From assembly GCA_963665845.2 (NCBI GenBank), contig OY762492.1, forward strand, positions 2,752,001 to 2,816,000: a stretch of 64,000 bases of DNA. The letters are read 5' to 3'. The notes beneath the pieces were generated by a model, which was not told where the DNA came from, made no database searches, and worked only from the letters and a program-made list of their open reading frames with translations. Each line of letters begins with the position of its first letter. Position 1 is the first letter of the stretch. Origin of the DNA: Candidatus Poribacteria bacterium. GTDB lineage: Bacteria; Poribacteria; WGA-4E; GCA-2687025. Position numbers and translations under genes: made by a program. Below, one piece after another: positions 9,177-18,882 of this stretch.

Positions 9177-10991
9177 TTGGACCATCTCGACCAATACGAA
9201 GAGCATGAACTGACGAAGGTCTACGACCGCGAGATCGTCAAGCGGCTCATCGGCTACATGAAACCGTACACAGGATCGCTCATGCTGGCGCTGGCGTTGA
9301 TTCTGGTAGGCGAAGCGGCGCGCAACTCAACCCCTATCGTCGCCAAATACGCCATTGACCAGTTCATCAAGGGGGATCGGATGGAGGGGCTGGACCCCGC
9401 GGGCGTCTTTTTGGCGATGCGCTGGGTTTTGCTGCTTTATTTCGGCCTCTTGGCGGCGGACCTCTCATGCTCCTTTCTGCGCTCCTATGTGACCAAGATG
9501 ATGGGGCAGCGGATCATGCGCGACATGCGCCGTCAAATCTTCCGCCATATCCACCGCCTCCAGAACGCCTTTTTCGATAGAACGCCTGTCGGAAAACTGC
9601 TGACGCGGGTCATGAACGATGTGGCGGCGCTGGACGAGCTGTTCTCGGAGGGGCTGGTGGACGCCATCGGAAGCCTCGCCGGGCTGACCTTCATCGTCGC
9701 GGCGATGCTCATTGTGAACTGGAAGCTGGCGATTGCCGCTCTGTGCGTCCTTCCGATCATCGCGGTCGGGACGGCAGTCTATCAGATCTTGTCTAGAAAA
9801 GTGTTTCGGGAATGGCGCCGCCAACTCTCGCAGCTGAACGCTTTCATGAACGAGCGGATCGGCGGACTCACAACGGTTCAACTTTTCAACCGAGAAAAAG
9901 CGACCAACGAACGATTCCAAAATGTGAACAGCGGTTACCTCTCCGCCGCCTTGCGCGTCGTCACGGCGATGGCGATGTTCGGACCGATGATCGAACTGGC
10001 GGGCGGGCTTGCCACAACCGCCATCATCTGGCATGGCGGCGGACAGGCGCTTCAAGGCATCACAACGCCGGGGGAACTGTATGCGTTCCTGATCTGGGGG
10101 CAGCGGCTCTTTTGGCCCCTGCGCCGCCTCAGCGCTCAATACACAACGCTGCTGATTGCGATGGCGTCCTCCGAGCGCATCTTCACGATCCTGGACGCCG
10201 AGCCTGAAATCCAAACGCCGGCTGAAGCGGCGCCCGTCCCCGCGTTTCAACATGCGATTGAGTTCAAAAACGTCGGCTTTGCCTATGAAGAGGGCGTGGA
10301 CGTCTTAAAGAATGTGAACCTGACGATACGCAAGGGGGAGCGCATCGCGGTCGTCGGCGCGACAGGCTCCGGCAAGACGACGCTCATCAACCTCATGTGC
10401 CGCTTTTACGACATACAGCGGGGCGAAATTCGGTTTGACGGCAAAGAGATTCGGACGCTGAATCTGGAAGATTTGCGGCGGCGCATCGGCATCGTTCAGC
10501 AGGATGTGTTTCTGTTTTCAGGCAGCGTCAAGGAAAATATCCGCCTCGGCTCCAAAGAGATTTCGGACGAAGAGGTGGAGCGCGCCGCCGAGGTCGTTCA
10601 GGCGGATAGATTCATCCGCGCGCTGCCGGGCGGCTACGACGCGCAGGTGAACGAAGGCGGGCTTTCCTTTTCAAGCGGACAGAAGCAGCTGATCGCCTTC
10701 GCGCGCGCCCTCGCGTTCAACCCCGACATACTCATTCTAGACGAAGCCACCTCCTCCATCGACACCGAAACGGAGGCGCATATCCAGACAGGGCTGAAAC
10801 GGCTGCTGGAAGGGCGCACCTCCATCATCATCGCGCACCGCCTCTCGACGACGCAGGATGTGGACCGCATCGTCGTTCTCCACCGAGGCGAGATACGCGA
10901 AATCGGAACCCACTCGGAACTGATGCGCCAAAAAGGCATCTACTACCGCCTGACGCAGCTGCAATACGAAGATTGCCATGACTGGCATTGA
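9177..10991 (+). CDS. ABC exporter, fused permease/ATPase (MsbA/MdlB-like)
   Basis: N-terminal TM helices; Walker A GATGSGKT, signature FSSGQKQ, Walker B ILILDEATS, IAHRLS. Confidence 0.93.
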   Translation: MDHLDQYEEHELTKVYDREIVKRLIGYMKPYTGSLMLALALILVGEAARNSTPIVAKYAIDQFIKGDRMEGLDPAGVFLAMRWVLLLYFGLLAADLSCSFLRSYVTKMMGQRIMRDMRRQIFRHIHRLQNAFFDRTPVGKLLTRVMNDVAALDELFSEGLVDAIGSLAGLTFIVAAMLIVNWKLAIAALCVLPIIAVGTAVYQILSRKVFREWRRQLSQLNAFMNERIGGLTTVQLFNREKATNERFQNVNSGYLSAALRVVTAMAMFGPMIELAGGLATTAIIWHGGGQALQGITTPGELYAFLIWGQRLFWPLRRLSAQYTTLLIAMASSERIFTILDAEPEIQTPAEAAPVPAFQHAIEFKNVGFAYEEGVDVLKNVNLTIRKGERIAVVGATGSGKTTLINLMCRFYDIQRGEIRFDGKEIRTLNLEDLRRRIGIVQQDVFLFSGSVKENIRLGSKEISDEEVERAAEVVQADRFIRALPGGYDAQVNEGGLSFSSGQKQLIAFARALAFNPDILILDEATSSIDTETEAHIQTGLKRLLEGRTSIIIAHRLSTTQDVDRIVVLHRGEIREIGTHSELMRQKGIYYRLTQLQYEDCHDWH

Positions 10992-11004
10992 CATTCCGCG
11001 CCGC

Positions 11005-11303
11005 TGGTCGTCCCCCGCTTCCCCGTTTTCACGAGGACATGCCCGCGAGGACATGCATTCCCGCGCCCTCATAGCCTGCCCCCGTGAAAACGGGGGTCAT
11101 TCCCGCGTAAGCGGGAATCTTAGGCGCCGCAGACGACGTCCGCATTTGCCGAAACCGTCATCCTACCATGCGTCATTCCCGCGCAAGCGGGAATCCAGAG
11201 GCGGCACCCTCCCTTTAAAACCCCCCTAGCCCCCCTTTTCAAGGGGGGAATCCAGAGGCGCCTCGCCCTTTAAAACCCCCCAGCCTCCTTTTCAAGGGGG
11301 GAG
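11005..11303. repeat. Composite intergenic repeat cluster
   Basis: ATTCCC-N8-GGGAAT at 11099-11118 and 11175-11194; two reversed CCCCTTTTCAAGGGGG units. Confidence 0.88.
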
Positions 11304-11374
11304 ATTACAATGTCGGCATTGACATTCTGCGCCGTCCGTTTCATGATAGGCGAAGGTTTTAGAGAAAGGGACTT

Positions 11375-12196
11375 ATGGCGAACACAGCCCCGCTCGTTGA
11401 ACTCTTTAGCATCGGCACCGAGCTTGTTTACGGACAGATACATGACACGAACTCATTCTGGATGGCGAAGGAGATTGTGGCGCTCGGCGCGCGGGTGCGC
11501 CGCATCACGCAGCTGATCGACGACCCCGAGGAGATCAAGCAGGCGTTTCAAACGGCCGTCGACCGCGAAACGGACCTGGCAATCTGCTCCGGCGGCCTGG
11601 GACCGACGCCGGACGATCTCACCTCCGAAATACTGGCGGAGATCGCAGGCGTCAACTCCGTCCCGCATGAAAATGTGATCGAAGATTATATGACGCGGCG
11701 CGGCGTTCCCAGCCGGGAGGAGATGAACCCGAACCTGGTGCGCATGGCGACCGCGCCGACAACCGCCCGCTGTCTGCTGAATCCAGTCGGCTGGGCGCCA
11801 TGCATCGCGCTGGATGTCGGACAAACAACCTTTTTAGCGCTGCCGGGTCCGCCGCGCGAGATGGAGGCGGTCTTCAAGCGGCATGTGGCGCCGTATATCT
11901 CGGAACGGTACGAACGGCGTTCGGCGGCGCAGCGGGTGCTTATCAACACGCATGAGTCGTCTGTCGCGCCCTATTTTGAGGAGCTGAAGGCGCAATTCCC
12001 CGGCTCCTATATGAAAGGGTATATAGCAGATCAGTCGACCCCCGGCTGGCTTCCGGTCGACATCGTCGCGGTCGGGGAGACCTCGCAGGAGGCGCATGAA
12101 ACGCTGCAAGCGATCATCGACGCGCTGCGCAAAAAGGTGGAGCAGATCGGAAAGACGGTGACCGTCTCCCCCGGTTCCATAGAGGAGATGGAGTAG
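11375..12196 (+). CDS. CinA-like molybdopterin-binding-domain protein lacking the C-terminal PncC domain
   Basis: Motifs IGTELVYGQIHDTNS, SGGLGPTPDDLT and LPGPPREM. Confidence 0.85.
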   Translation: MANTAPLVELFSIGTELVYGQIHDTNSFWMAKEIVALGARVRRITQLIDDPEEIKQAFQTAVDRETDLAICSGGLGPTPDDLTSEILAEIAGVNSVPHENVIEDYMTRRGVPSREEMNPNLVRMATAPTTARCLLNPVGWAPCIALDVGQTTFLALPGPPREMEAVFKRHVAPYISERYERRSAAQRVLINTHESSVAPYFEELKAQFPGSYMKGYIADQSTPGWLPVDIVAVGETSQEAHETLQAIIDALRKKVEQIGKTVTVSPGSIEEME

Positions 12197-12249
12197 GGAA
12201 GGCTGGATGGGGGAAGGCGCCTTCCCCCAGCTCGCCGCTTCATGGCGTT

Positions 12250-13707
12250 TCATTCATCGCCGCTGTCGTCTTCCTCCTCGTCTTCGCCGTTTGGCGGCTG
12301 CCGTTTCAGACGCTCCTGTTCGTCGAAGCGGCGGAAGACCTGCTCAACCTCCTCGCGCGAATGGCGCTTGCGGACGGCGTTGTAAGCGTCCTGGGCGCGC
12401 TGGGCGTCGCCCGACTTGGCGAAGGCGCGCGCCATGCCCAACAAGGCGTTCATGTAGCCTTCGGGCGTCGCCTCGGAGAGACCGTACTCCATCTCAAACG
12501 CATCTTGGTACGCCTTGGCGAAGTCGGCGTATGCCGTCGCCATGTCCATTTCTGCGCCGGTTGGAGGCGCGCTTTCAGGGCGCGGGGCGTCTGGATGGTC
12601 AGGCGGCGGAGGAGCGCCATGCGGCTCGTCCAGGGCAGATCCATGGGGATGACCATGAGACGGCGCGCTCGGAGCGGTTGGCGTCTGCTTTGCCGCCGCG
12701 TCCGGCCCCCGTTCCTCCCAGATGGACGAGTAGTTCCGCTCTCCTATGAACATCAAATTCATATAACTGCCAACATTCCGTTCACGCGGACCATGCCCAT
12801 GCGGGTGTCTCAGCTCATTCGGCGGCCCTGAAAGCATCTTCCCAAAATGGCTCTCGTCATACCCGGCGCCGAGAAGATAATGCATCGCCGCGATGTCCTG
12901 CATATCCAGCCGCTCGTAGGAGACGGCAAGATTTTCATGCAGTTCCCAATTTGAATGCGGACCTTCATCCGGCAGTAAACGCTCCAGGGCGGCGATGACC
13001 TCCTCCGGATGATCTCGCGTCAAGGCCAAAGTTGCAATGCCCATTGTGTCCGGATCGTCCGAGTACAGCTCCATGAGTCTCCGAGAGATCTCAATCCTGT
13101 CAGTCTGCGATCCGGTCCCCGAGAAGAGCTTCACGAGCAGGGCTTCGCGCGAGGTCGGATCTTTTGCCAGGACGCGGTCGGCGTATTCCACAGCATATTT
13201 CTTCTCTGGAATCCAAGGCCAATCGGAGGAAAAAGAAAGCGGGGAGAAACCGTGGTATTGGAGCAGATGCTTCGCGGCGGTCAGGTCATCCATCCCTTCC
13301 ACCAGTATCTCGATCACTTCTGCCGGAGTTTCTTTATCAAACGTGACGGAAGTGGATCCGGTCAGCTCACGCAGCTTCTCCATCGCGCGCCTTTCTTTAT
13401 CCATAAAGTCGCGATTCATGGAGATTTCCGGGCTGAATCCCGAATCATGGACATGCGCCCCACTGTCGGGCGCGGCGCCTTCCGCCGGAGATGTCCCATC
13501 AGGATCGTCCGCGCCGCGTATTGTTGGATCGCCGGCGGAGACCCCGCCCTCGGTGGAATGTCCGCCCGACTCTACGCTTGGAGCCGAATCTGCCGGCGGC
13601 TCCGCCGCGCGGCGGGCGGCAAAAAACGCCAGCGCCGCCAGCAAAACGGCGCCGACCAACAGCGCGAGGCGCGCCCTGCGGCGTGATGAGCGTTGCGTCG
13701 TTTTCAT
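12250..13707 (-). CDS. Membrane-anchored hypothetical protein with TPR-like helices, Pro/His-rich linker and acidic tail
   Basis: Basic N-terminus plus hydrophobic helix; 485-aa ORF; ends EDEEEDDSGDE. Confidence 0.7.
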   Translation of the reverse strand: MKTTQRSSRRRARLALLVGAVLLAALAFFAARRAAEPPADSAPSVESGGHSTEGGVSAGDPTIRGADDPDGTSPAEGAAPDSGAHVHDSGFSPEISMNRDFMDKERRAMEKLRELTGSTSVTFDKETPAEVIEILVEGMDDLTAAKHLLQYHGFSPLSFSSDWPWIPEKKYAVEYADRVLAKDPTSREALLVKLFSGTGSQTDRIEISRRLMELYSDDPDTMGIATLALTRDHPEEVIAALERLLPDEGPHSNWELHENLAVSYERLDMQDIAAMHYLLGAGYDESHFGKMLSGPPNELRHPHGHGPRERNVGSYMNLMFIGERNYSSIWEERGPDAAAKQTPTAPSAPSHGHPHGSALDEPHGAPPPPDHPDAPRPESAPPTGAEMDMATAYADFAKAYQDAFEMEYGLSEATPEGYMNALLGMARAFAKSGDAQRAQDAYNAVRKRHSREEVEQVFRRFDEQERLKRQPPNGEDEEEDDSGDE

Positions 13708-13780
13708 CGCCTTGACCGACCCAAGTTGTTAAGCGCGTCTAGGAACAGCATAACGCCTCGGCGTTAGCGCCGCAAGCCGC

Positions 13781-13830
13781 TCACTCCTCCTCGCCGCTGT
13801 CGTCTTCCTCCTCGTCTTCGCTGTTTGGGG
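13781..13830 (-). pseudogene. 3'-end remnant of a paralog of the 12250..13707 gene
   Basis: Encodes PNSEDEEEDDSGEEE-stop versus PNGEDEEEDDSGDE-stop; the DNA is nearly identical to about 12250-12295. Confidence 0.75.
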
Positions 13831-14010
13831 AATCGGACGCCGCGATGGGAAAAGGCGTCGTCAACCAGGTCGTCCCCCGCTTCCCCGTTTTCACGAGGAC
13901 ATGCCCGCGAGGACATGCATTCCCGCGTAAGCGGGAATCTTAAGGCATCGCAACGGCTGCGCCTGTCCTCTAAACCCCCCCTGGTTCCCCCCTTTTCAAG
14001 GGGGAATCGA
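13826..14010. repeat. Composite repeat cluster overlapping the rdgB 3' end
   Basis: ATTCCC-N8-GGGAAT at 13919-13938; CCCCCCTTTTCAAGGGGG near 13990. Confidence 0.88.
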
Positions 14011-14605
14011 ACGCCGCGCGGAGCGGTTTTTCTAGCCGCTTGAGCGCGTCGGCGCGGTGGCTGACGCGGTTTTTCTCCGCCTGCGGAATTTCCGCCATCG
14101 TCCGCCGGTACGTCGGCAGCCAGAACACAGGGTCGTATCCGAAGCCGCCGCTCCCTGCAGGCGCCTCGGCGATAATGCCTTCGCAGACGCCGCGCGCCTC
14201 CGCGAGTATCTCGCCGCCGCGCGCCAGAACCATGACGCACACAAAGCGCGCCGTCCGCTTCTCAAACGGGACGCCCATTGTCTCGCGCAGCAGTTTCTGG
14301 ACGCATTCTTCGGAGGAGGCGCCTTCGCCTGCATACCGCGCCGAATGGATGCCGGGGCGTCCGTTCAGCGCGTCCACTTCTAAGCCGGAGTCGTCCGCGA
14401 GAACGCATCCGTCCTCCGACGACGAGACGGCGAGCGCCTTGATACGCGCATTTTCAAAAAACGAATCCCCATCCTCCACCGGAGACGGAATATGCGGCAG
14501 GTCCCGCAAGGTTTGAATCTCAACGGGAGTAATCCCAAGAGCCGTCAGTATCGCCTCGATCTCATCCCGCTTATGCAGGTTGGAGGTCGCTAGAGTGAAC
14601 CGCAT
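13970..14605 (-). CDS. rdgB: Non-canonical purine NTP pyrophosphatase (RdgB/HAM1)
   Basis: Motifs LATSNLHK, SFFENARIKA, DDSGLEVDALNGRPGIHSARYAG, GFGYDP and SHR; follows rph. Confidence 0.95.
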   Translation of the reverse strand: MRFTLATSNLHKRDEIEAILTALGITPVEIQTLRDLPHIPSPVEDGDSFFENARIKALAVSSSEDGCVLADDSGLEVDALNGRPGIHSARYAGEGASSEECVQKLLRETMGVPFEKRTARFVCVMVLARGGEILAEARGVCEGIIAEAPAGSGGFGYDPVFWLPTYRRTMAEIPQAEKNRVSHRADALKRLEKPLRAAFDSPLKRGEPGGV

Positions 14606-15368
14606 GGGCGTTTTCTAAAAACATCTTGCGCAGCATATCGATGAGCAGGCGGTTTCCCTTCACGGCGAGATTCAGCATTTCGTTCATCTGTCCCCGTGTG
14701 AAGGGCGCCGCCTCCGCCGAGCCTTGTATTTCAATGAACGCGCCGCCGCCGGTCATGACGACGTTCATGTCCACCTCGGCGGAGGAATCTTCTTCGTACG
14801 GCAGGTCGAGAACAGGGTTGCCGTTCACGATGCCGACGCTGACCGCCGCGGCGTAATCTTTGACCGGAAAGCCGTCTCGAAAGCCCCCTTGTTCGCGCAG
14901 CGTTTCGCATGCGTCCATGAACGCGGCGAACGCGCCGGTGATGGAGGCGCAGCGCGTGCCGCCGTCCGCCTGGAGAACGTCGCAGTCGAGCCAGAAGGTG
15001 CGCTCGCCGAGCAGCGATGTGTCAACGACCGCGCGGATCGATCTGCCGATGAGCCGCTGTATCTCCTGCGTTCGCCCTGATACGCTTCCTTGCCGTCCGT
15101 CGCGCGAAGTGCGGTCTGGCGTGGAGCCGGGCAGCATGGCGTATTCGGCGGTGATCCATCCCCCTCCCCCTTCGAACTGAACGAATCTGGGGACGCGCTC
15201 TTCGATGGAGACGGCGCATAAAACGCGCGTGTCGCCGACATCTATCAGGGCGGATCCTGCCGCGAATTTTGCATATCCGCGCTCAATCTTGACCGGACGC
15301 ATCGCGTCGTTTGCCCGTCCATCTTTGCGGTGAAATGCCGGGCGATGTTCATCAAGTTTGGCGGTCAT
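14571..15368 (-). CDS. rph: Ribonuclease PH
   Basis: Motifs WITAEYAMLP, GRTQEIQRLIGRSIRA and DCDVLQADGGTRCASITG. Confidence 0.97.
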   Translation of the reverse strand: MTAKLDEHRPAFHRKDGRANDAMRPVKIERGYAKFAAGSALIDVGDTRVLCAVSIEERVPRFVQFEGGGGWITAEYAMLPGSTPDRTSRDGRQGSVSGRTQEIQRLIGRSIRAVVDTSLLGERTFWLDCDVLQADGGTRCASITGAFAAFMDACETLREQGGFRDGFPVKDYAAAVSVGIVNGNPVLDLPYEEDSSAEVDMNVVMTGGGAFIEIQGSAEAAPFTRGQMNEMLNLAVKGNRLLIDMLRKMFLENAHAVHSSDLQPA

Positions 15369-16819
15369 CTCCGTTTCTTATCGTCATCGTCGTCGCTGGA
15401 GCTGGACGAGGAAGCGGCGCCTCTCGACTTGCCGGAGCTAGACGAGGAGCTGGACGCGCTGGAACGCGGCTTAGAGGAGCTGGAGCTGGACGACCTGCTC
15501 GAAGACGAGGCTGCGGGTCGAGTCCTTTCCTCCTGCGGCGTGTAGGTACGCGACCGCGTATACGGCGAAGAGGTCCGAGAGTCATCGGAAGACCTGGACG
15601 AAGGCGCATAACGCGAATAGTCGATAGACCGGCGCGTCGGAGAGGTGGAGGATCGGCTGCCGGTGGACGCCGCGCCTCGGTTCTTGAGGCCGGTTGAGTA
15701 GCCGGACGTGAGCGAGCGGCGCTGCGTTGAAACAGACGAGCGGCGTTTCTCCGAGTAAGCGCCCGCAATCTGCGTCGACGGCGTCGGCGATGTCCGATAA
15801 GCGGAGAGCGCCTGCCGAACCGACCCGATGTCTCTTGAACGCACATCGGCGTTTCGCCCGCGCTCATAGGAGCCGCGGACCGAGTTCAGCTGCGTCGTCC
15901 ATCGGTTGACGGGGCGGTACCGGTTCGTTTGCGCCGGGCGGTACACATTGTATCGGTCGTATCGACCGTATCCGTATCGGCGGGATGAGTAGTAGTTGTT
16001 GTAGTAGCCCCTCCACCGCCGGTTGATTCCGATATAAACGGAGTCGCTGACGGGAAATTCCCAGTACAGATAGTATCCGTAGTCGGTCGGGAAGTAGAAG
16101 TTGGAGCCGTAAAGCGAGTGGTACCCGTAGGCGTTCCATGGGGCGTACCGGTAGCCTGGGACGTGTCGGCGGATCACATTCGGGCGCAGCTCGCGCGTGA
16201 AGGTTTCGACCTCGATATAATCGATGTCGATGCGGTTGGCGCCGTCGGCGACGATGTGAAGTTCCAGCAAGCCTTCAGGGTTGACGTACCGGTCGGCGGG
16301 TATTTCAAGTGTTTCGGACCGCCGGTCGGATCGGAGAAGGAACGTGTCGCCTTGGAGCGCTTCGTCGAGGTTGTCGCCGCCGCTTTCGTCGCTGCGGATC
16401 CATGCGCGTCCGGCGATGGCGTAGTCTCGGTTGAGATCGTGGGCGCGTCCATCGCCTTCATACCGTATTTTGATTTTGATCTGCCGCGTTCCATACGGAA
16501 TGTCGAACAGATAGACGGCGCTGGCGATGCCGTATTCGTAGTTGTCAGGCTCCATTCCGCCGGTCGCCCATGCGGCGACGCGGATGCCTCGATCAAAGGC
16601 GGGGCTGAGAGTGACGGTGGCGTTGCCGCGCTCAATCCAGTTGTCCAGTTCGGCGCCGGCTCGGCGCTCTCGGCTGAGTCGTTCGGGGGCGTACCGGTAA
16701 TCGTAGTCGTAGTAAGAGGATCCGTAGAGGTACGGGTTGGCGATGGCAGCGGCTCCCCATGCGGTCATGAGGGCGATGGCTGCGGCAAAGAGGGTTGCGC
16801 GCGTCGCGGTTGTTTTCAT
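15365..16819 (-). CDS. Secreted hypothetical protein with Tyr-rich segment and Ser/Arg-rich low-complexity tail
   Basis: GGAG RBS before MKTTATR at 16819; signal peptide; stop overlaps the rph start (ATGA). Confidence 0.72.
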   Translation of the reverse strand: MKTTATRATLFAAAIALMTAWGAAAIANPYLYGSSYYDYDYRYAPERLSRERRAGAELDNWIERGNATVTLSPAFDRGIRVAAWATGGMEPDNYEYGIASAVYLFDIPYGTRQIKIKIRYEGDGRAHDLNRDYAIAGRAWIRSDESGGDNLDEALQGDTFLLRSDRRSETLEIPADRYVNPEGLLELHIVADGANRIDIDYIEVETFTRELRPNVIRRHVPGYRYAPWNAYGYHSLYGSNFYFPTDYGYYLYWEFPVSDSVYIGINRRWRGYYNNYYSSRRYGYGRYDRYNVYRPAQTNRYRPVNRWTTQLNSVRGSYERGRNADVRSRDIGSVRQALSAYRTSPTPSTQIAGAYSEKRRSSVSTQRRSLTSGYSTGLKNRGAASTGSRSSTSPTRRSIDYSRYAPSSRSSDDSRTSSPYTRSRTYTPQEERTRPAASSSSRSSSSSSSKPRSSASSSSSSSGKSRGAASSSSSSDDDDDKKRR

Positions 16820-16874
16820 GGTCGTTCTCCTAAGTGCGCTGTCTCTTCTTGAAACGACAGCGCGGCATGCAGGT

Positions 16875-16991
16875 TTACATACGGAAGATTCGCTTGAAGA
16901 AAAATTTCGCCGCTTTGGAGCCAACGCCGGCGAACAGATTGGCAACCGCCATGGTCGCAGCCAGCACGATGAACCGCAGTAAGGTCGGCAT
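16875..16991 (-). CDS. Small 38-aa hydrophobic/cationic peptide MPTLLRFIVLAATMAVANLFAGVGSKAAKFFFKRIFRM
   Basis: GGAGG RBS 7 nt before the ATG; TTGACC-N17-TATTAT promoter upstream; below the ORF-track size cut-off. Confidence 0.6.
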   Translation of the reverse strand: MPTLLRFIVLAATMAVANLFAGVGSKAAKFFFKRIFRM

Positions 16992-17014
16992 AAGTGATCC
17001 TCCATTTACGTTCT

Positions 17015-17043
17015 ATAATAGTATGCCATGCGGATGGGGTCAA
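17015..17043 (-). promoter_or_regulatory. Putative sigma70 promoter
   Basis: TTGACC (17043-17038), 17 nt spacer, TATTAT (17020-17015). Confidence 0.55.
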
Positions 17044-17083
17044 GCGCAAGCTCCTGACGGCAGTCTCTATATAGGGCGGCTCG

Positions 17084-18631
17084 TCATTCCCACTCGATTG
17101 TCGCGGGCGGCTTGGAGCTGACATCGTAACAGACGCGGTTGATGCCGACCGCCTCGTTGATGATGCGGTTGGAGACGCGGGCAAGCAGATCATACGGCAG
17201 CGGATGCCAGTCGGCGGTCATTCCGTCCAGGCTGACGACAGCGCGCAGAACGGCGGCGTTCTCATAGGTGCGCGCGTCGCCCATGACGCCGACGCTCCGC
17301 ACCGGCAGCAGCACCGTCAACGCCTGCCATATCTCGTCGTATAAACCCGCCGCGCGCAGCTCCTCAATAAAAATCGCGTCCGCCTTCCGCAAGACGGACA
17401 GCCGCTCCTTCGTCACCTCGCCCAAGATGCGCACCGCCAATCCTGGACCGGGAAACGGATGCCGCCCCAGCGCTTCTTCAGGCAGACCAAGCTCCCTGCC
17501 GACCGCGCGCGCTTCATCTTTAAACAGCTCCCGAAACGGCTCAATCAGTTGAAAACGCAAACTCTCCGGCAAACCGCCGACATTGTGATGCGTCTTGATG
17601 GTGGAGGAGGGACCGACCGCCGAGACGCTCTCGATCACGTCAGGATAAAGCGTCCCCTGCGCCAGATAATCGATCTTGCCGAGATTTTCCAGCTCCGACT
17701 CAAACGCTTCTATAAACGCGCGTCCAATGGCGCGCCGCTTTTCTTCAGGATCCACGACCCCTTTTAACGCGGACAAGAAACGCTCCCCGGCGTCCACAAC
17801 GCGCAGATCAATTCCGAGCTGGTCTCGGAACATAGAGGCGACGCGCGGCGTTTCGTTCAGCCGCATCAAGCCGTTGTCGACATACACGCAGACCGCCTTG
17901 TCCCCGACCGCCCGCCGCAGCAGCGCCGCCAGAACGGTCGAATCGATCCCGCCGCTGACAGCGCAGAGAATGCGCTTGCCGTCCGTTTCGGCGCGTATCT
18001 CTTCGATGCGCGACTGCACAAACGACTCCATCGTCCAGCGGGGCGGGCATTTGCAGATGTTGAGCGCGAAGTTGGACAGCAGCTGTTTGCCCTGTTTTGT
18101 GTGGACGACTTCAGGATGAAACTGAAGCCCGAACCGCCGCCCCTCTTCGTCCGCCATCGCCGCGACAGGCGAATTGTCGGAACGGGCGACGCCGCGAAAC
18201 CCGTTCGGCGGCGTCAAGATGCGGTCGCCATGGCTCATCCACACCTGCAGATCGGGTCCGGCGCCTTGTGTGAGCGGCGTTTGCGCCTCAACGCGCACCT
18301 CGGCATGTCCAAACTCGCGCGCCTGCGACGGCGCCACCTCTCCGCCGAGAAGATGCGTCATCAGCTGCATGCCGTAGCAGATGCCGAGGACAGGCGGTCC
18401 GTCGGTCAGCAGTTGGGTTGAGATGGAGGGCGCGCCGTTTTCATAAACGCTGGCGGGTCCTCCTGACAGGATGATGCCGCGCGGCTGTCGACTCAACAGC
18501 TGTTCAGCGTCCGCATGATGCGGCGCGATTTCGCAGTAAATGTTCAACTCGCGGATGCGCCGCGCAATCAGCTGCGTCGTCTGCGAACCGAAGTCAAGGA
18601 TGGCGATGCCGTCTTGAAGCAAGCCGCTCAA
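17084..18631 (-). CDS. guaA: GMP synthase (glutamine-hydrolysing)
   Basis: Motifs ILDFGSQTTQLIARR, LGICYGMQ, QFHPEV, SGGIDS, RHPFPGPGL and KPPATIEWE. Confidence 0.98.
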   Translation of the reverse strand: MSGLLQDGIAILDFGSQTTQLIARRIRELNIYCEIAPHHADAEQLLSRQPRGIILSGGPASVYENGAPSISTQLLTDGPPVLGICYGMQLMTHLLGGEVAPSQAREFGHAEVRVEAQTPLTQGAGPDLQVWMSHGDRILTPPNGFRGVARSDNSPVAAMADEEGRRFGLQFHPEVVHTKQGKQLLSNFALNICKCPPRWTMESFVQSRIEEIRAETDGKRILCAVSGGIDSTVLAALLRRAVGDKAVCVYVDNGLMRLNETPRVASMFRDQLGIDLRVVDAGERFLSALKGVVDPEEKRRAIGRAFIEAFESELENLGKIDYLAQGTLYPDVIESVSAVGPSSTIKTHHNVGGLPESLRFQLIEPFRELFKDEARAVGRELGLPEEALGRHPFPGPGLAVRILGEVTKERLSVLRKADAIFIEELRAAGLYDEIWQALTVLLPVRSVGVMGDARTYENAAVLRAVVSLDGMTADWHPLPYDLLARVSNRIINEAVGINRVCYDVSSKPPATIEWE

Positions 18632-18710
18632 CGCGCGCCTCCTCCCAGCGTCAGGCTGAATAAAAAAGAGATGATAGCGCCAATCCGCCGGCGCGTCTAG
18701 ACTTGCGCGC

Positions 18711-18882
18711 CTGACCTCACGTCTTAAGTTGGGACATTGAACTGACGACCGCTCTATTCATGGGAAAAAGGCGCCGCCAACCAGTTCGTCATTCCCGCGC
18801 AAGCGGGAATCTTAAGGCATCGCAGCCGCCGCGCCCATCCTTTAAACCCCCCTAGCCCCCCTTTTCAAGGGGGAATCGGACG
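18711..18882. repeat. MITE-like left end plus dRS3-like and GC palindromes
   Basis: CTGACCTCACGTCTTAAGTTGGGACA start shared with 36379 and 52149; ATTCCC-N8-GGGAAT at 18791-18810. Confidence 0.85.
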
